A stretch of 64,000 nucleotides of DNA from an uncultured bacterium. GTDB taxonomy: Bacteria; Armatimonadota; Abditibacteriia; Abditibacteriales; Abditibacteriaceae. Positions within the stretch are counted from its first letter, which is position 1. Every line of letters begins with the position of its first letter. Made by a program: the position numbers and the translations under genes. The notes under the pieces were generated by a model. That model was not told the origin of the DNA. It worked only from the letters and a program-made list of their open reading frames with translations, and made no database searches. The stretch lies in assembly GCA_963843795.1 (NCBI GenBank), contig CAWJLW010000006.1, positions 310,001 to 374,000 of the forward strand, in the 5' to 3' direction. Below are positions 38,598 to 49,406 of the stretch, one piece after another.

Positions 38598-39098
38598 AGA
38601 GCAACGCCCTGCGAGCCGAATATTTCATTACGCCGGGAGAATATCTCGCCAGCGAACTCACTCGTCAACACAGGCACGAGTACGGTGACGGCTTTATCTA
38701 CGCGCGCCGAAAGCAGCATCGAACACATTCGCATCGTGGGCAATCTCTGCGGCGAATTTGGCAATCAACTTCGTGGCCAAACGTGCTAAGCTTTTTCTTG
38801 CGATATAAAAGTACGCATTTGCTGCGATGCCGCCGAATTCTACTATTATCTCGGCGTGACCGTTGACTGCACGAACGCGGACAACCAAGCAATGTTTCTC
38901 GAAGCGCCGCGCGTGATTTTCGAGGTGATGTCGGTCAGAACCGAGCGCACTGACAGAGGCGAGAAATTGCGCAATTATCAAGCACTCGATGCGCTGGATG
39001 TTTACGTTTTGGTCGATCCGCTTCATGTCTCCGTCACGATTTATTGCCGCACTCCTGACGGGTGGCAACGCGAACTTCTCACCGGCTTGCGCGAATGA
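38598..39098 (+). pseudogene. Uma2/DUF820 (PD-(D/E)xK) endonuclease pseudogene
   Basis: ITPGEYLASE..RHEYGDGFIYA, then frameshift near 38703, HIRIVGNL..LRGQTC, in-frame TAA 38787-38789, then PRVIFEVMS..TDRGEKLRNY; no clear start codon, truncated end. Confidence 0.8.
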
Positions 39099-39500
39099 AA
39101 TTGCCTTGCAAGTACTTGCGAAAACGTGATTGATCTTTTGAAAAAGTTCTTGGTTCTATGCGCTTCGGATACGAATTTTCTATCCATCAATGCGGCTTTT
39201 CTTCTGGAATTTTTGTCCGACGAATCTGACGTTTTTCTAATTCTTCTTACTGGGCAGCTTTTGGATGGTTTTGGCTTTGCTGGTGCCTTATCGCGTCGAT
39301 AGAGGAATGGCGATGGTTAATTCGGCTCAAGCAGCGTTATGTAAAAGGCGTCCTACTGAATAGGATGCGCACTCGGTTTTGTATTGGCTGCGGGGCTAGT
39401 TGGTGAGCGACTGATGATGGGATTTAAGGCAGCTTATTGTGCCACTGCAGAGGGGCGTTTGTTTCATAAACCCTAATTCGATTTTTTCACAGGACACATT

Positions 39501-40691
39501 ATGCGAGCAAACCTTTCGGCAACCATTTTTCTGACAAGCATTTTGAGTATCAGCTTCACCCTCATCACAATCACAGTCCGGGCTGATACCGTGGTGCGCT
39601 GGAAAAAGACGGTCGTTGATTCGAAATTTCGGGCTGAGGGCGTGGCAGTGGTCGATGTGAACAAAGATGGCAAGGCCGATATTCTGGTCGGCGATTTCTG
39701 GTACGAAGCGCCCGCCTGGACTGCCCACGAAATTCGCAAGCCGCTGGAACTGGGCGATGGCTCGAACTCGTTCAGCGAAGCCTTTCTCTGCTTCGCGGAT
39801 GATTTTAACGGCGATCAATGGCCCGATCTGCTCGTGATTGGCTTTCCCGGCGCAGCCGCAAAGTGGTATGAGAATCCGCAAAACAAAACTGGCCACTGGA
39901 AGGAACACGAAGCGTGGCCAAGCGCCAACAACGAGACTCCGCAATTTGCTGATCTCTTCGGTGATGGTCACAAAGTCCTAGTCATGGCGAGTCAAGCCGA
40001 GGGACAGATGGCGTGGTTCTCACCACCGCCCAATGGCCAGGGCCGATGGACGATGCACCCGATCAGCGAAGTGTCCACTCCAGAAAATACAACGCCCGGC
40101 ACAAATCGCTATTCGCATGGTTTGGGCACAGGCGATATGAACGGCGATGGCCGTCTCGATGTACTGACCAATCAGGGTTGGTGGGAACAGCCGGAAAAAG
40201 CCCGCGAGCGCATCGAGTCGTGGTTGTGGCATCCGGTCAATCTCGGCCCCGACTGCGCCGATATGCACGTCGCCGATATGAACGGTGATGGCCGACCCGA
40301 CGTGCTTGCTAGTTCAGCGCACGATAAGGGCGTCTGGTGGTACGAGCAAAGGCCGAACGGCAAATTTCTGCGCCACACGATTGCTACCGAGTTCAGTCAG
40401 AGTCATGCCCTGCGTATCGTAGACATTAATGGTGACGGACATCAAGACTTGGTAACCGGCAAACGCCGTTGGGCGCATGGCCCGACTGGCGATATCGAAC
40501 CAAACGCGCCCGCCATGCTGTTTTGGTTCGAGCGTAAACCTGGCGCGACGGAGTTCATCGCTCACCAGATAGACAACGACAGCGGCATCGGAACTCAATT
40601 TTCCATTAGCGATATAAACGCTGATGGCCTGCCGGACATCGTAGTGGCGAATAAAGAAGGTGTGCACCTGTTCGAGCAGGTAAGACCTTAA
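39501..40691 (+). CDS. Secreted FG-GAP/VCBS-repeat beta-propeller protein
   Basis: Signal peptide; repeated DVNKDGKADI, DMNGDGRLDV, DINGDGHQDL, DINADGLPDI. Confidence 0.85.
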   Translation: MRANLSATIFLTSILSISFTLITITVRADTVVRWKKTVVDSKFRAEGVAVVDVNKDGKADILVGDFWYEAPAWTAHEIRKPLELGDGSNSFSEAFLCFADDFNGDQWPDLLVIGFPGAAAKWYENPQNKTGHWKEHEAWPSANNETPQFADLFGDGHKVLVMASQAEGQMAWFSPPPNGQGRWTMHPISEVSTPENTTPGTNRYSHGLGTGDMNGDGRLDVLTNQGWWEQPEKARERIESWLWHPVNLGPDCADMHVADMNGDGRPDVLASSAHDKGVWWYEQRPNGKFLRHTIATEFSQSHALRIVDINGDGHQDLVTGKRRWAHGPTGDIEPNAPAMLFWFERKPGATEFIAHQIDNDSGIGTQFSISDINADGLPDIVVANKEGVHLFEQVRP

Positions 40692-40743
40692 GAGCTATGC
40701 TAAGCGCGATGCAGCCAGGGTAGATTTCGATGGATTATTTTCG

Positions 40744-42066
40744 TTAAGCCGGTGCTGCTTCTGGCGATGCTTCTGGCGCGGCTTGCTTTTCAAGCACATC
40801 GGCGATTTCTTCGGGTTCGCGGAAGGTAAACCAAAAGGCGATGGCACAGCCGATTGTCAACAATGCGGGCACGAGAAAAATCATCGGCCAGTTGACAGCA
40901 CCGGGAATCATGCGGGCGGCGTCGTTGGGGTCGGGAACGAAGGTGGTGTAGTGGTCTTTGAGCCAGCCGCAAAATATCGTACCGATCCAGTTGCCAATGC
41001 CCAGAGTCACGATGGTCAGCAGGCTTTGCGCGCTGCCGCGAATGTCTTTGGGCGCGACGCGGTCGATATAAATGTAAGACGTGACGAACACGAACGCGAA
41101 GCCGATGCCGTGAAACGACATCGAAGCCAAAACGAGCCAGACGGGCTTTTGTAGAGCAAAAATCAGATAACGCAGCGGCCACGCCAGAGTGCCGATGACC
41201 AGCGTTTTACGCAGTCCCAAGTACTTCAGAGACAGCGGAGTGAATAAACCCAGACAGATAATCTCGGCGTACTGAGCGATGCTTTTGTACAGCGAAACCA
41301 TATTGTGATTGATGGCCAAACCCTGTTCCATGAACGGACCAGAGAGCACATAGTAGAACTGAAATTCCGTCGAAACCACGAGAGAAATCAGAATAAATGC
41401 CGTGAATCCGGGCACTTTTTTGAACAAAGTGAACGCTTTGGTAAAAGCCCACGGGTCTTTGTCTTCGGTCGAAGGCGGAGTGTGCGGCACCAAGAAAGAG
41501 GCAATGGCGAAGGCAATTCCCATGATGGCCGCCAGATGCATTTCTTCATAAGGCGCCCAGGTGCCTTTGGCAATCGACGGTTTGGAAAACAAATAAGCGG
41601 TCAAAGCCAAGCTGGCAACAATCCAGCCGACGGTGCCCGCCGTGCGAACGATGGTGAAGTCGCGCTCCTGCGCGATTTCGCTTTTGCCCTGACGACTCAG
41701 GTGATAAAAAACTATCGAATTGGCAATGCCCAAAGTCGGGGCAAAAGCCAGCGACCAGACCCACATCCAGCCAATTAAGCCGGTAAAACTTTGCTGCTGC
41801 GCCATCATCCACGCCGAGATGGCGCAAACCGAAGCCGCCAGTCCCATGAAGATTTGGCCGGGCATCAAGCGATCAACCAATTGGCCGCCGATGAATGGCG
41901 TGATGATGCAGGCCAGCCACAGCACGCCGTAAACCGCGCCAATCTGCACGCCCGTGGCGTTAAGGCGTTCGCTGAGCGTGGCACCCAGAATCGGTGTCCA
42001 ACTGCCCCACACGGCATATTGAAAAAACATCATCGCCGCTAATTTTAAGTGCAACGGAATTCTCAT
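40744..42066 (-). CDS. MFS transporter, nucleoside:H+ symporter-like
   Basis: MMFFQYAVWGSW, RTAGTVGWI, HGIGFAF, DIRGSAQ. Confidence 0.88.
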   Translation of the reverse strand: MRIPLHLKLAAMMFFQYAVWGSWTPILGATLSERLNATGVQIGAVYGVLWLACIITPFIGGQLVDRLMPGQIFMGLAASVCAISAWMMAQQQSFTGLIGWMWVWSLAFAPTLGIANSIVFYHLSRQGKSEIAQERDFTIVRTAGTVGWIVASLALTAYLFSKPSIAKGTWAPYEEMHLAAIMGIAFAIASFLVPHTPPSTEDKDPWAFTKAFTLFKKVPGFTAFILISLVVSTEFQFYYVLSGPFMEQGLAINHNMVSLYKSIAQYAEIICLGLFTPLSLKYLGLRKTLVIGTLAWPLRYLIFALQKPVWLVLASMSFHGIGFAFVFVTSYIYIDRVAPKDIRGSAQSLLTIVTLGIGNWIGTIFCGWLKDHYTTFVPDPNDAARMIPGAVNWPMIFLVPALLTIGCAIAFWFTFREPEEIADVLEKQAAPEASPEAAPA

Positions 42067-42165
42067 TGATTCTCCACCTTTGGGCAATTTTAAAGTTGAA
42101 TAATGCCTGCTGCAAGTACTTGCAGCCAGATATTTTGGGAGTTACGCGCGACGGTTCGGGTCACT

Positions 42166-43455
42166 TTAGCGTGGAATGCGACGGATGTAGATGTTTTTGA
42201 AATAAAGCGGCGCGCCGTGGTGTTGCAGCTCGATTTGGCCGGTCGGATAAATCGGCTTGTCGCGCTCCCAATAGTTCTCCATCGTGACGTTGTGAACCAC
42301 CAGTTCATTGTTGAGAAAAACCGTGACTTTATCACCGATCATCAGAATGCGGAACCTATTCCACTCGCCGATGGGTTTATCGGCTTTGCGCGTGGGTTTG
42401 CTCGGATTCTTTTGGTTGTTATACAAACCGCCCGAACCAACCTCATCGTCCCAGATTTGAACTTGTGGGCTGCCGCGCAAATAAAGGCCGCTATCGCCTT
42501 TGGGTTCAATTTTCCAATCGACGAGCATCTCGAAATCGGCGAAATCTTCGCTTGTGCAAAGGCTGTTGGCCTTGCCATCGTAAGTGATGACGCCATCAAC
42601 TGCTTTCCAGTGCTGAAACGCTTTTTCGGTCGCAACCTTTTGTGCCTCTGCAAGTACTTGCGCACTCATTTTCGCGCGCGCCGGTGGGTCGGCCACCAAA
42701 CCTTTCCAACCCGCCAGGCTCATTCCATTGAACAGCGCGGAAAAGCCGACGGGCGGCACATTATTGGGTGCGGGACGCGATAAATCTTGAATGGCGATGT
42801 TACGGAACTGAACTTCAGCGGGACCATGTCCGCAGAAACCAACGTAACCCCGTTCGCGCAGCATGCCGGGATGTTGGGCCAGAACTTCTTTATCAGTCAC
42901 GTTATTCAGGTTAGTATCAACGGTCGTGATGCCATTGACCGTCACGGTAATGTGGCGACCGACGGCGCGAATTTCTTCGCTGTTCCATTCGCCTACCGGT
43001 TTCAGTGCGCCGCGCTTGGCAGGAGCGACTTTATAGATCGAGCCATGATATTGTCCGGCTTCGAGATTGGCGTACTGAGGAGCCGAATCGTCGAGCACCT
43101 GAACTTCCATGCCAACATAAGCGGCATCGCCTTCTTGAGGTGAGCGAATCGCCACCCCGTTGTTGCCCGCAGCGGATAATTTGAACTCGAAGCGAAAAAC
43201 GAAATCACTATACTGTTTTTGCGTGTAAAGATTGCCACCACCTTCGGGCGGGCAAACCAGGTTGCCATTTTTCACGACGTAGCCCGGCCCCGTAGCGCCT
43301 TTGATCGTCCAACCATCCAAGCTGTTGCCATCAAATAAAGACACAAAAGGAATGCCGTTTGTCGGTTCGGAAGTTTGTGCCGCGCAACGATTGTCGACAG
43401 AAGTTGACACAGCAATCAAGGCAGAAAGAAAAACTTGTATAATAGGTTTCATCAT
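42166..43455 (-). CDS. Secreted tandem DUF1080 (3-keto-glycoside hydrolase/hydratase family) protein
   Basis: Two SLFDG/ALFNG..L.GW..GEWN..F.NI domains; signal peptide. Confidence 0.9.
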   Translation of the reverse strand: MMKPIIQVFLSALIAVSTSVDNRCAAQTSEPTNGIPFVSLFDGNSLDGWTIKGATGPGYVVKNGNLVCPPEGGGNLYTQKQYSDFVFRFEFKLSAAGNNGVAIRSPQEGDAAYVGMEVQVLDDSAPQYANLEAGQYHGSIYKVAPAKRGALKPVGEWNSEEIRAVGRHITVTVNGITTVDTNLNNVTDKEVLAQHPGMLRERGYVGFCGHGPAEVQFRNIAIQDLSRPAPNNVPPVGFSALFNGMSLAGWKGLVADPPARAKMSAQVLAEAQKVATEKAFQHWKAVDGVITYDGKANSLCTSEDFADFEMLVDWKIEPKGDSGLYLRGSPQVQIWDDEVGSGGLYNNQKNPSKPTRKADKPIGEWNRFRILMIGDKVTVFLNNELVVHNVTMENYWERDKPIYPTGQIELQHHGAPLYFKNIYIRRIPR

Positions 43456-43713
43456 AGGTCTTTTAAGCTGGGCGAAGAATTGAACGGCATCTCAAATTTA
43501 CCGTGCTAACGAAAATTTATCATGCTAACTTATGACATGCATTTGAATTGTACCTGATTTCGCATTTTGTTTGTAACACCTGTTAGATTGTGCCATCTGC
43601 GCCTCGTTGTGTTCAGGCTAAACCAGCCGCCTTCTCTGAATTGGAAACCTTTCTTTCAGAAAAGTATTTAAAATCGTATTTTTTCTTTGAGATACCGATT
43701 ATCGGAGTTCATT

Positions 43714-45066
43714 ATGCAAACTACCCGACGATATTTTCTTCAACAATTAGCGGCTGGAGCCATCGCGGCGCCCCTTATAGGCCGCGAACTGGGCGCACAC
43801 GCTCAAGGCGCAAAGCCTACAGACATCGTCCGCCACGCCACTTTTGGTTGTAGCGGCATGGCTTGGGGCGACATTCAAACTTTCGCCCAACATCCGGCCA
43901 TCAAGGTTGTCGCGGGTTGTGATGTGGATGCCAGTCGTACGGCGGAATTTCGGCAGAAGTTTCCCGATGCGCGCATTTACAGCGATTATCGCGAACTTTT
44001 GGACAAAGAAAAAGATTTGCACAGCGTGAACGTCTCGACACCAGACCATATGCACGCGCCGATTGCCATGGCAGCGATGCAACGCGGTTTGCACGTTTAT
44101 GGACAAAAGCCCTTGGCCCACGATCTTTATGAAGTGCGACGTCTGACCGAATTCGCCCGTGAAAAGAAGCTAGTGACACAAATGGGCATTCAGATTCACA
44201 GCAACTTTTGTTATCGTTCGGCGGTCGCAGCAATACAAAAGGGCACTATCGGTAAAATTAAAGAAGTCCACACCTGGAGCAACAAAAAGTGGGGCGATAA
44301 CAGCCCGATGCCCGACCGCACCGATCCGATTCCAGCGGAATTTGATTGGAATAAATGGCTGGGCGTCGCAGCCGCGCGGCCTTATATCAGTGGCTTTTAT
44401 CATCCCGGAGATTGGCGCAAGCGTCTTGATTTTGGAACCGGCACTTTCGGTGATATGGGCTGCCACATCTATGACCCGGTTTTCAATGCGCTGGCGCTCA
44501 CTTCTCCGATTACGGTGCGCAGCGAAGGCGCCGCGCCCAACGCGCATTCGTGGGCGACAGATGCCATTATTCATTATACGTTTCCCGGCACCGCTTTCAC
44601 CGAGGGACAAACCGTAAACGTCACTTGGTATGACGGTGACCAGAGACCTCCCCTCGAAGTTCAAGCCCAAGCGCGCCCCAAAGGTGCCGCTTTAGATGAC
44701 CCGCGCTATCGTATGAACGATCAGGGCAGCATTTTCATTGGCACCAAAGGTGTGATGGTTTTGCCTCACGTCTCGATGCCCAAGGTTTACGGCGAAGATA
44801 TTGCCGGCGATGCCGTTGAAAAGCTCGATAACCTCGATCACTATGCCCAATTCGTCGATGCCATTCTGGGTAAAGGAACCACGACCGCCCATTTCGGCTA
44901 TTCCGGTCCACTCACGGAAGCTGTTCTCTTGGGTAGTGTGGCCTCACGCTTTCCCCAAACGACGCTGCAATGGGACGCCACCGCGATGAAGTTTCCCAAC
45001 GTGCCCGAAGCCAACCAGTTTGTCCGACGAACTTACCGCCCGGGTTGGGAAGTGGACGGGCTATAA
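43714..45066 (+). CDS. Tat-exported Gfo/Idh/MocA oxidoreductase
   Basis: MQTTRRYFL Tat motif, STPDHMHA, HVYGQKPL, GDMGCH. Confidence 0.92.
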   Translation: MQTTRRYFLQQLAAGAIAAPLIGRELGAHAQGAKPTDIVRHATFGCSGMAWGDIQTFAQHPAIKVVAGCDVDASRTAEFRQKFPDARIYSDYRELLDKEKDLHSVNVSTPDHMHAPIAMAAMQRGLHVYGQKPLAHDLYEVRRLTEFAREKKLVTQMGIQIHSNFCYRSAVAAIQKGTIGKIKEVHTWSNKKWGDNSPMPDRTDPIPAEFDWNKWLGVAAARPYISGFYHPGDWRKRLDFGTGTFGDMGCHIYDPVFNALALTSPITVRSEGAAPNAHSWATDAIIHYTFPGTAFTEGQTVNVTWYDGDQRPPLEVQAQARPKGAALDDPRYRMNDQGSIFIGTKGVMVLPHVSMPKVYGEDIAGDAVEKLDNLDHYAQFVDAILGKGTTTAHFGYSGPLTEAVLLGSVASRFPQTTLQWDATAMKFPNVPEANQFVRRTYRPGWEVDGL

Positions 45067-45354
45067 AACACCAAACGATTACAATTGCTGACTTTCTCCC
45101 AAGTTCATAAAAATACCTCCAAATGGATTCTCTGGGAAAAAGTCAAAGCTGAGCAGAGCAAACAACGGTCAAAAATGCGGCTTTAACGAAGGGGAAAGAA
45201 CATAAAAGAAGTGCTCCAAAACCCTCCATCACTCAGCCGTGACCCTGTGCAAGTAACTTGCACAGGGTGTTTTAGCCGAATGAGTTTAGTTACGTAGCAT
45301 TACAATCTTCCTTTATTCCCCCGATTTGTTTGTCGTAGACGTCCATTGATTCAC

Positions 45355-48165
45355 ATGAAACTTAGCTCCGCTGTTTCTGCTCTGACACTGCTCACTTTTG
45401 CCGTTCAATCTTTTGATGCTGTTCGCGCCATTGATGGGCCAATGGGAGTCGAACGCGTGGCGCGCGAGACGCACGTCGGCTATGAAGTTTCGGGCGATGG
45501 CAGCGACGACGCACTGCGCTGGGTGCAGATTGATTTGGGTCAAGTGTTGCCGGTTGAGAAAGTGAAATTGTTTCCGGTTGTGGACTGGACGCCCAACGCC
45601 CAGGGCTTTCCGTCGCGTTTCAAAATCGAAGTTTCCGACGATGCCAAATTTCTCAATCCCACGCTTATCAGCGACCAAACTGGCGCAGATTTCCCCAATC
45701 CGCACGATGAAGTTGGCGTATTCACGGGCGCTGGCAAAAGCGGACGTTACGTTCGATTGACAGCAACACATTTGCGCAATCAAAAGCTGGCGCTGTCGAA
45801 GTTTGAAGTCTGGTCGGGCGGCAAAGATGTCGCACAAGGCCGCGCCGCCCAAGATTCGCAGCGCGGCGAACTTGGCACACTTGCTCTCACCCGCGCGCCG
45901 CGTCCTCAAGGCGAAGAAGTCGTGACGGATAATCCGCAAAACGTCACTCCGGCAGCGAGTTGGAAGCCGGTGGCTTACCGCGCACAAACGCCGCTGGCAG
46001 GCGTTCATCTCGGTGAGGGATTATTCAAAACCGCGATGCAAAATAATGTTTCGTATTTGATGAATTCGTTTAGCTTCGACGAGCTGGTACGCCAGTTTCG
46101 CGACCGCGCGGGCAAACCTCAGCCCGTTGGAATGAGAAAGCCGGACGAGTTCTGGGAAACCACATTGGCTGGCTCGAACGCCGGTCGTTTCATGATGGGC
46201 GCGGGCAATACGCTGCGCTGGATGGACGCGCCCGCACTGCGCGAGCGCATGAATAAAGTCGTTGATGTCATTGACGAATGCAAAGAACCCAACGGCTACA
46301 TCATGGCGTATCCGCCAAACACGATTTTCCAAAGCGAGCGCGGCGCTTACACACGTTCTTGGACAACTCATGGATTGATCGAAGCGGGTTACGCGGGCAA
46401 CCCGAAAGCGTTCAAACTGCTGCGCGGCTATTACGATTGGTTCGATACCAATCCTTATTTGCCCGAACTTTTGCGGCGCGGCGGGCAAGGCGTGCAGGGC
46501 ATGATCGCCAACACACGAACATATTTCACACCAATTGGCAAGCCAGCTGATTTGCAAGTGGTTCAGCGTTATTTTCAAGAAAATTACTGGGTCAATCAGC
46601 TATCGAAACGCGACCCAAAAGCGATTTGGCAATATCCTTACGACCATCCGCACAACTATCTCCTCACTTCACTAGAACCGTATCTCGATTTATATCGGGC
46701 GACCGGTGAAAAACGTTATTGGGACGCGGCGAGCGGCGGTTGGGATTTGTATCATAATCATTGGGAACATATCGGCGGCAGCATGGCGATTTGCGAGGGC
46801 GACGTTTATCCGCCCGATTCCAAATTTTTGCACCGTCACACCGGCGAACTGTGCGGCAACGTTTTTTGGTCGCGCTACAATCAGCGCTTTCATCTTCTCA
46901 ATCCCGATGTCGAAAAATATGTTGCTGAAATCGAAAAGTCGATTTATAACATCGCGCTGCCCAACCAAATCGGCGACAAGGGCATTCTTTACCACGCGAA
47001 TATGCTGGGTAAGAAAGACAGCAGTTCGGGTTTCAACAAAAATACTTGCTGCGAAGGTCAGGGCACGCGAATGTTCGGGTCGCTACCTGAATATATTTAT
47101 TCGATTGCCAATGATGGCTTATACGTCGATTTATTTGCACCTTCCGATATTACTTGGAAGCAAGGTAAAAGTACTTTGAATTTGGCGACGGAAACTCAAT
47201 TTCCGTTCCGCAATAACGTCGCGTTGCGCTTCTCCTTAGCCGCGCCCACGAAATCGAAAATTCGCGTGCGCGTTCCGAATTGGGCGACGAAGCCGATGGC
47301 AATTGCAGTCAATGGTAAATTTGTCGCGACTGGCCAGCCGGGCACTTACGCAGCTTTAGAACGCCGCTGGAAAAACGGTGATACTATCACGTTCAATTTG
47401 CCTGCTGCACTTCGTCTGACCGAATACGAAGGCGCCGAGCAAAACGACCAGCAACCGCGTTACGCCGTGCAATATGGCCCGGTTTTGATGGCCGCCATAA
47501 GCACCGGCGCCGACCGACCCGAAGCGCGCTTTGCCTTAACTGCCAACGATTTGAAACAACGTCTTCAGCAACAATCGGGCAAACCATTACATTTTTCGGT
47601 CGCGGGCAACTCCGATTACGAGTTCGTGCCTTATTGGGAAGTCGGGATGGATCAAACCTTCACCTGCTTTCCAGTTATGGCTACCCAAATTCCCGGCCCT
47701 GAACGGGTGCAGCCAAACAATGTCGCGCTGGCCAGTAAAGGCGCGACGGCGACTTCCGACAGCGAATATGAATTGGAAAAGGGCAACACGAGCGAAGCCA
47801 TTGACGGCGTCATCGCCAGCTTCGATGATTTTTCCAATCGTTGGCATTCATCGAACACTACAGCGCATCCGCATTGGATCGAAGTGAAATTGCCCAAAGC
47901 CACGGCCATCGGAAAAGTCATCGTTCACTTCGCCGACCCGCAAGGTCATCCACTGAATTTTCAGGGCAGCATACGGGTTGGCGGGCGGGACAAGATCGTT
48001 TTCGACGAAAAGAATTATCAAAAGCGCCAGCGCTATGAAATCATTCTCGATGGTGCGCCAATCACTGACACGTTTCGTTTCACCATCCGCGATTCGGCCA
48101 ATCCTCAATTCCCCAACGCCGCCCAAGTCAGCGAAATCGAATTAATTCCCGCACGCTCGCGGTAA
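45355..48165 (+). CDS. GH127/GH146-like beta-L-arabinofuranosidase with N- and C-terminal discoidin (F5/8) domains
   Basis: GELCGNV and TCCEGQG Zn/Cys motifs, GLYVDLF, RVPNW, YGPVLMA; WVQIDLG and HPHWIEV discoidin motifs. Confidence 0.82.
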   Translation: MKLSSAVSALTLLTFAVQSFDAVRAIDGPMGVERVARETHVGYEVSGDGSDDALRWVQIDLGQVLPVEKVKLFPVVDWTPNAQGFPSRFKIEVSDDAKFLNPTLISDQTGADFPNPHDEVGVFTGAGKSGRYVRLTATHLRNQKLALSKFEVWSGGKDVAQGRAAQDSQRGELGTLALTRAPRPQGEEVVTDNPQNVTPAASWKPVAYRAQTPLAGVHLGEGLFKTAMQNNVSYLMNSFSFDELVRQFRDRAGKPQPVGMRKPDEFWETTLAGSNAGRFMMGAGNTLRWMDAPALRERMNKVVDVIDECKEPNGYIMAYPPNTIFQSERGAYTRSWTTHGLIEAGYAGNPKAFKLLRGYYDWFDTNPYLPELLRRGGQGVQGMIANTRTYFTPIGKPADLQVVQRYFQENYWVNQLSKRDPKAIWQYPYDHPHNYLLTSLEPYLDLYRATGEKRYWDAASGGWDLYHNHWEHIGGSMAICEGDVYPPDSKFLHRHTGELCGNVFWSRYNQRFHLLNPDVEKYVAEIEKSIYNIALPNQIGDKGILYHANMLGKKDSSSGFNKNTCCEGQGTRMFGSLPEYIYSIANDGLYVDLFAPSDITWKQGKSTLNLATETQFPFRNNVALRFSLAAPTKSKIRVRVPNWATKPMAIAVNGKFVATGQPGTYAALERRWKNGDTITFNLPAALRLTEYEGAEQNDQQPRYAVQYGPVLMAAISTGADRPEARFALTANDLKQRLQQQSGKPLHFSVAGNSDYEFVPYWEVGMDQTFTCFPVMATQIPGPERVQPNNVALASKGATATSDSEYELEKGNTSEAIDGVIASFDDFSNRWHSSNTTAHPHWIEVKLPKATAIGKVIVHFADPQGHPLNFQGSIRVGGRDKIVFDEKNYQKRQRYEIILDGAPITDTFRFTIRDSANPQFPNAAQVSEIELIPARSR

Positions 48166-48461
48166 GCAACCAGCGGCTGTATGGGATCAAAACACGCAGG
48201 AGCGATGAACTCTCACCAGTCATCGTTCCTATCGCTGGGATAAATGACATTTTTAGATTGAAACAGCTATCCAGCCTAAAATAGCAGCTTTTAGGCACAG
48301 GCTTTCATGGCTGGGATTAAATAGGCACTTGCGTGCGGAAATGGTGGTTTCGGGTGCGATAAAAAACGGTTTTGCGCGCTCGTGCAAGTACTTGCGGGCG
48401 GCCTACAATCAAAGCACAACGCCGATTTTGCGGTGTTGAAACTTGATTTGTGGAGGCCGTC

Positions 48462-49376
48462 ATGACCGAACATCCGATTCCCCCCTTGAAAAAGCCCGCC
48501 AGCAGTGCGCCGATTGAATGGCTGCGCCAGCTCGATTTGTTGCTGCGCGGCGAAGCGACCAAATTGTCTGCGCTGCAGCGCGGGCGCATCGAACTTCCCG
48601 AAAACGGTATTTCCTTAATCGTGCTTGCGCTGGGCTTGTTTTACGGCGCGTGTATGGGAACTTTCGCGATTTTTAACAAAGGCGAAATCTTGGGCGCGCT
48701 GTTGCAGATGTGCGCGACGATGGCCAAAGTTCCCGCGCTGTTTTTCTCGACGCTTTTGGTCACCTTTCCTTCGCTTTACGTTTTCAACGCGCTCGTCGGT
48801 TCGCGCTTGACTCTGGCCAGCGTGTGGCGCTTGATGATCGCGATGCTCGCTGTGATGATGGCGATTCTGGCCTCGCTTGGCCCGATTGTCGCGTTCTTCT
48901 CGATTAGCACCACGAATTACCCGTTCATGCTACTGCTGAACGTCATCGTGTTCGGCGTGGCGGGTTTTCTGGGCCTGAAATTCCTGCTGCACACGCTGCA
49001 TCGCCTGAGCATCGTTTTACAAGACGCCAAACCAATCGAAAACACGCCCGCAAGTACTTGCAGCGCGCTGGAAACTGAAAACACCGACGATTGTCTGCCC
49101 GCCGTGCCCGCACCCGATGCCAAAACTCCAATCAAAGCGCAGCGCAAAGAAGGCGCTTTAGATCGCGTCGATGATCGGATGCTGGGTTCGGATGTAAAAA
49201 CGGTTTTCTATTTATGGATTGTGGTTTTCGCTTTGGTCGGCGCGCAGATGAGCTGGCTTTTGCGCCCCTTTATTTCGGCTCCCGATAAGCCATTTGTACT
49301 GTTCAGCGCGCGTGAATCGAACTTCTACGCGGCGATTTGGGACGCGCTGCAACACGTTCTGGGAATGTCGTATTGA
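48462..49376 (+). CDS. Multi-TM hypothetical membrane protein (Yip1-like)
   Basis: GGAGG RBS; FYGACMG, KVP.LF, VGAQMSWLLRPFI, SNFY. Confidence 0.75.
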   Translation: MTEHPIPPLKKPASSAPIEWLRQLDLLLRGEATKLSALQRGRIELPENGISLIVLALGLFYGACMGTFAIFNKGEILGALLQMCATMAKVPALFFSTLLVTFPSLYVFNALVGSRLTLASVWRLMIAMLAVMMAILASLGPIVAFFSISTTNYPFMLLLNVIVFGVAGFLGLKFLLHTLHRLSIVLQDAKPIENTPASTCSALETENTDDCLPAVPAPDAKTPIKAQRKEGALDRVDDRMLGSDVKTVFYLWIVVFALVGAQMSWLLRPFISAPDKPFVLFSARESNFYAAIWDALQHVLGMSY

Positions 49377-49406
49377 GCTGCGAACCAGTCGAAACGGAGG
49401 TGCGCG

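Noticed and set aside
39120..39400. Possible gene remnant on the minus strand
   Set aside because: Stop-interrupted and no recognisable family
43500..43532. TGCTAAC direct repeat in the divergent promoter as an operator
   Set aside because: Only 7 bp twice, and no regulator nearby to tie it to
45089..45145. 13-bp imperfect inverted repeat after the oxidoreductase as a MITE
   Set aside because: Single copy, no target duplication seen; may be a simple terminator or chance
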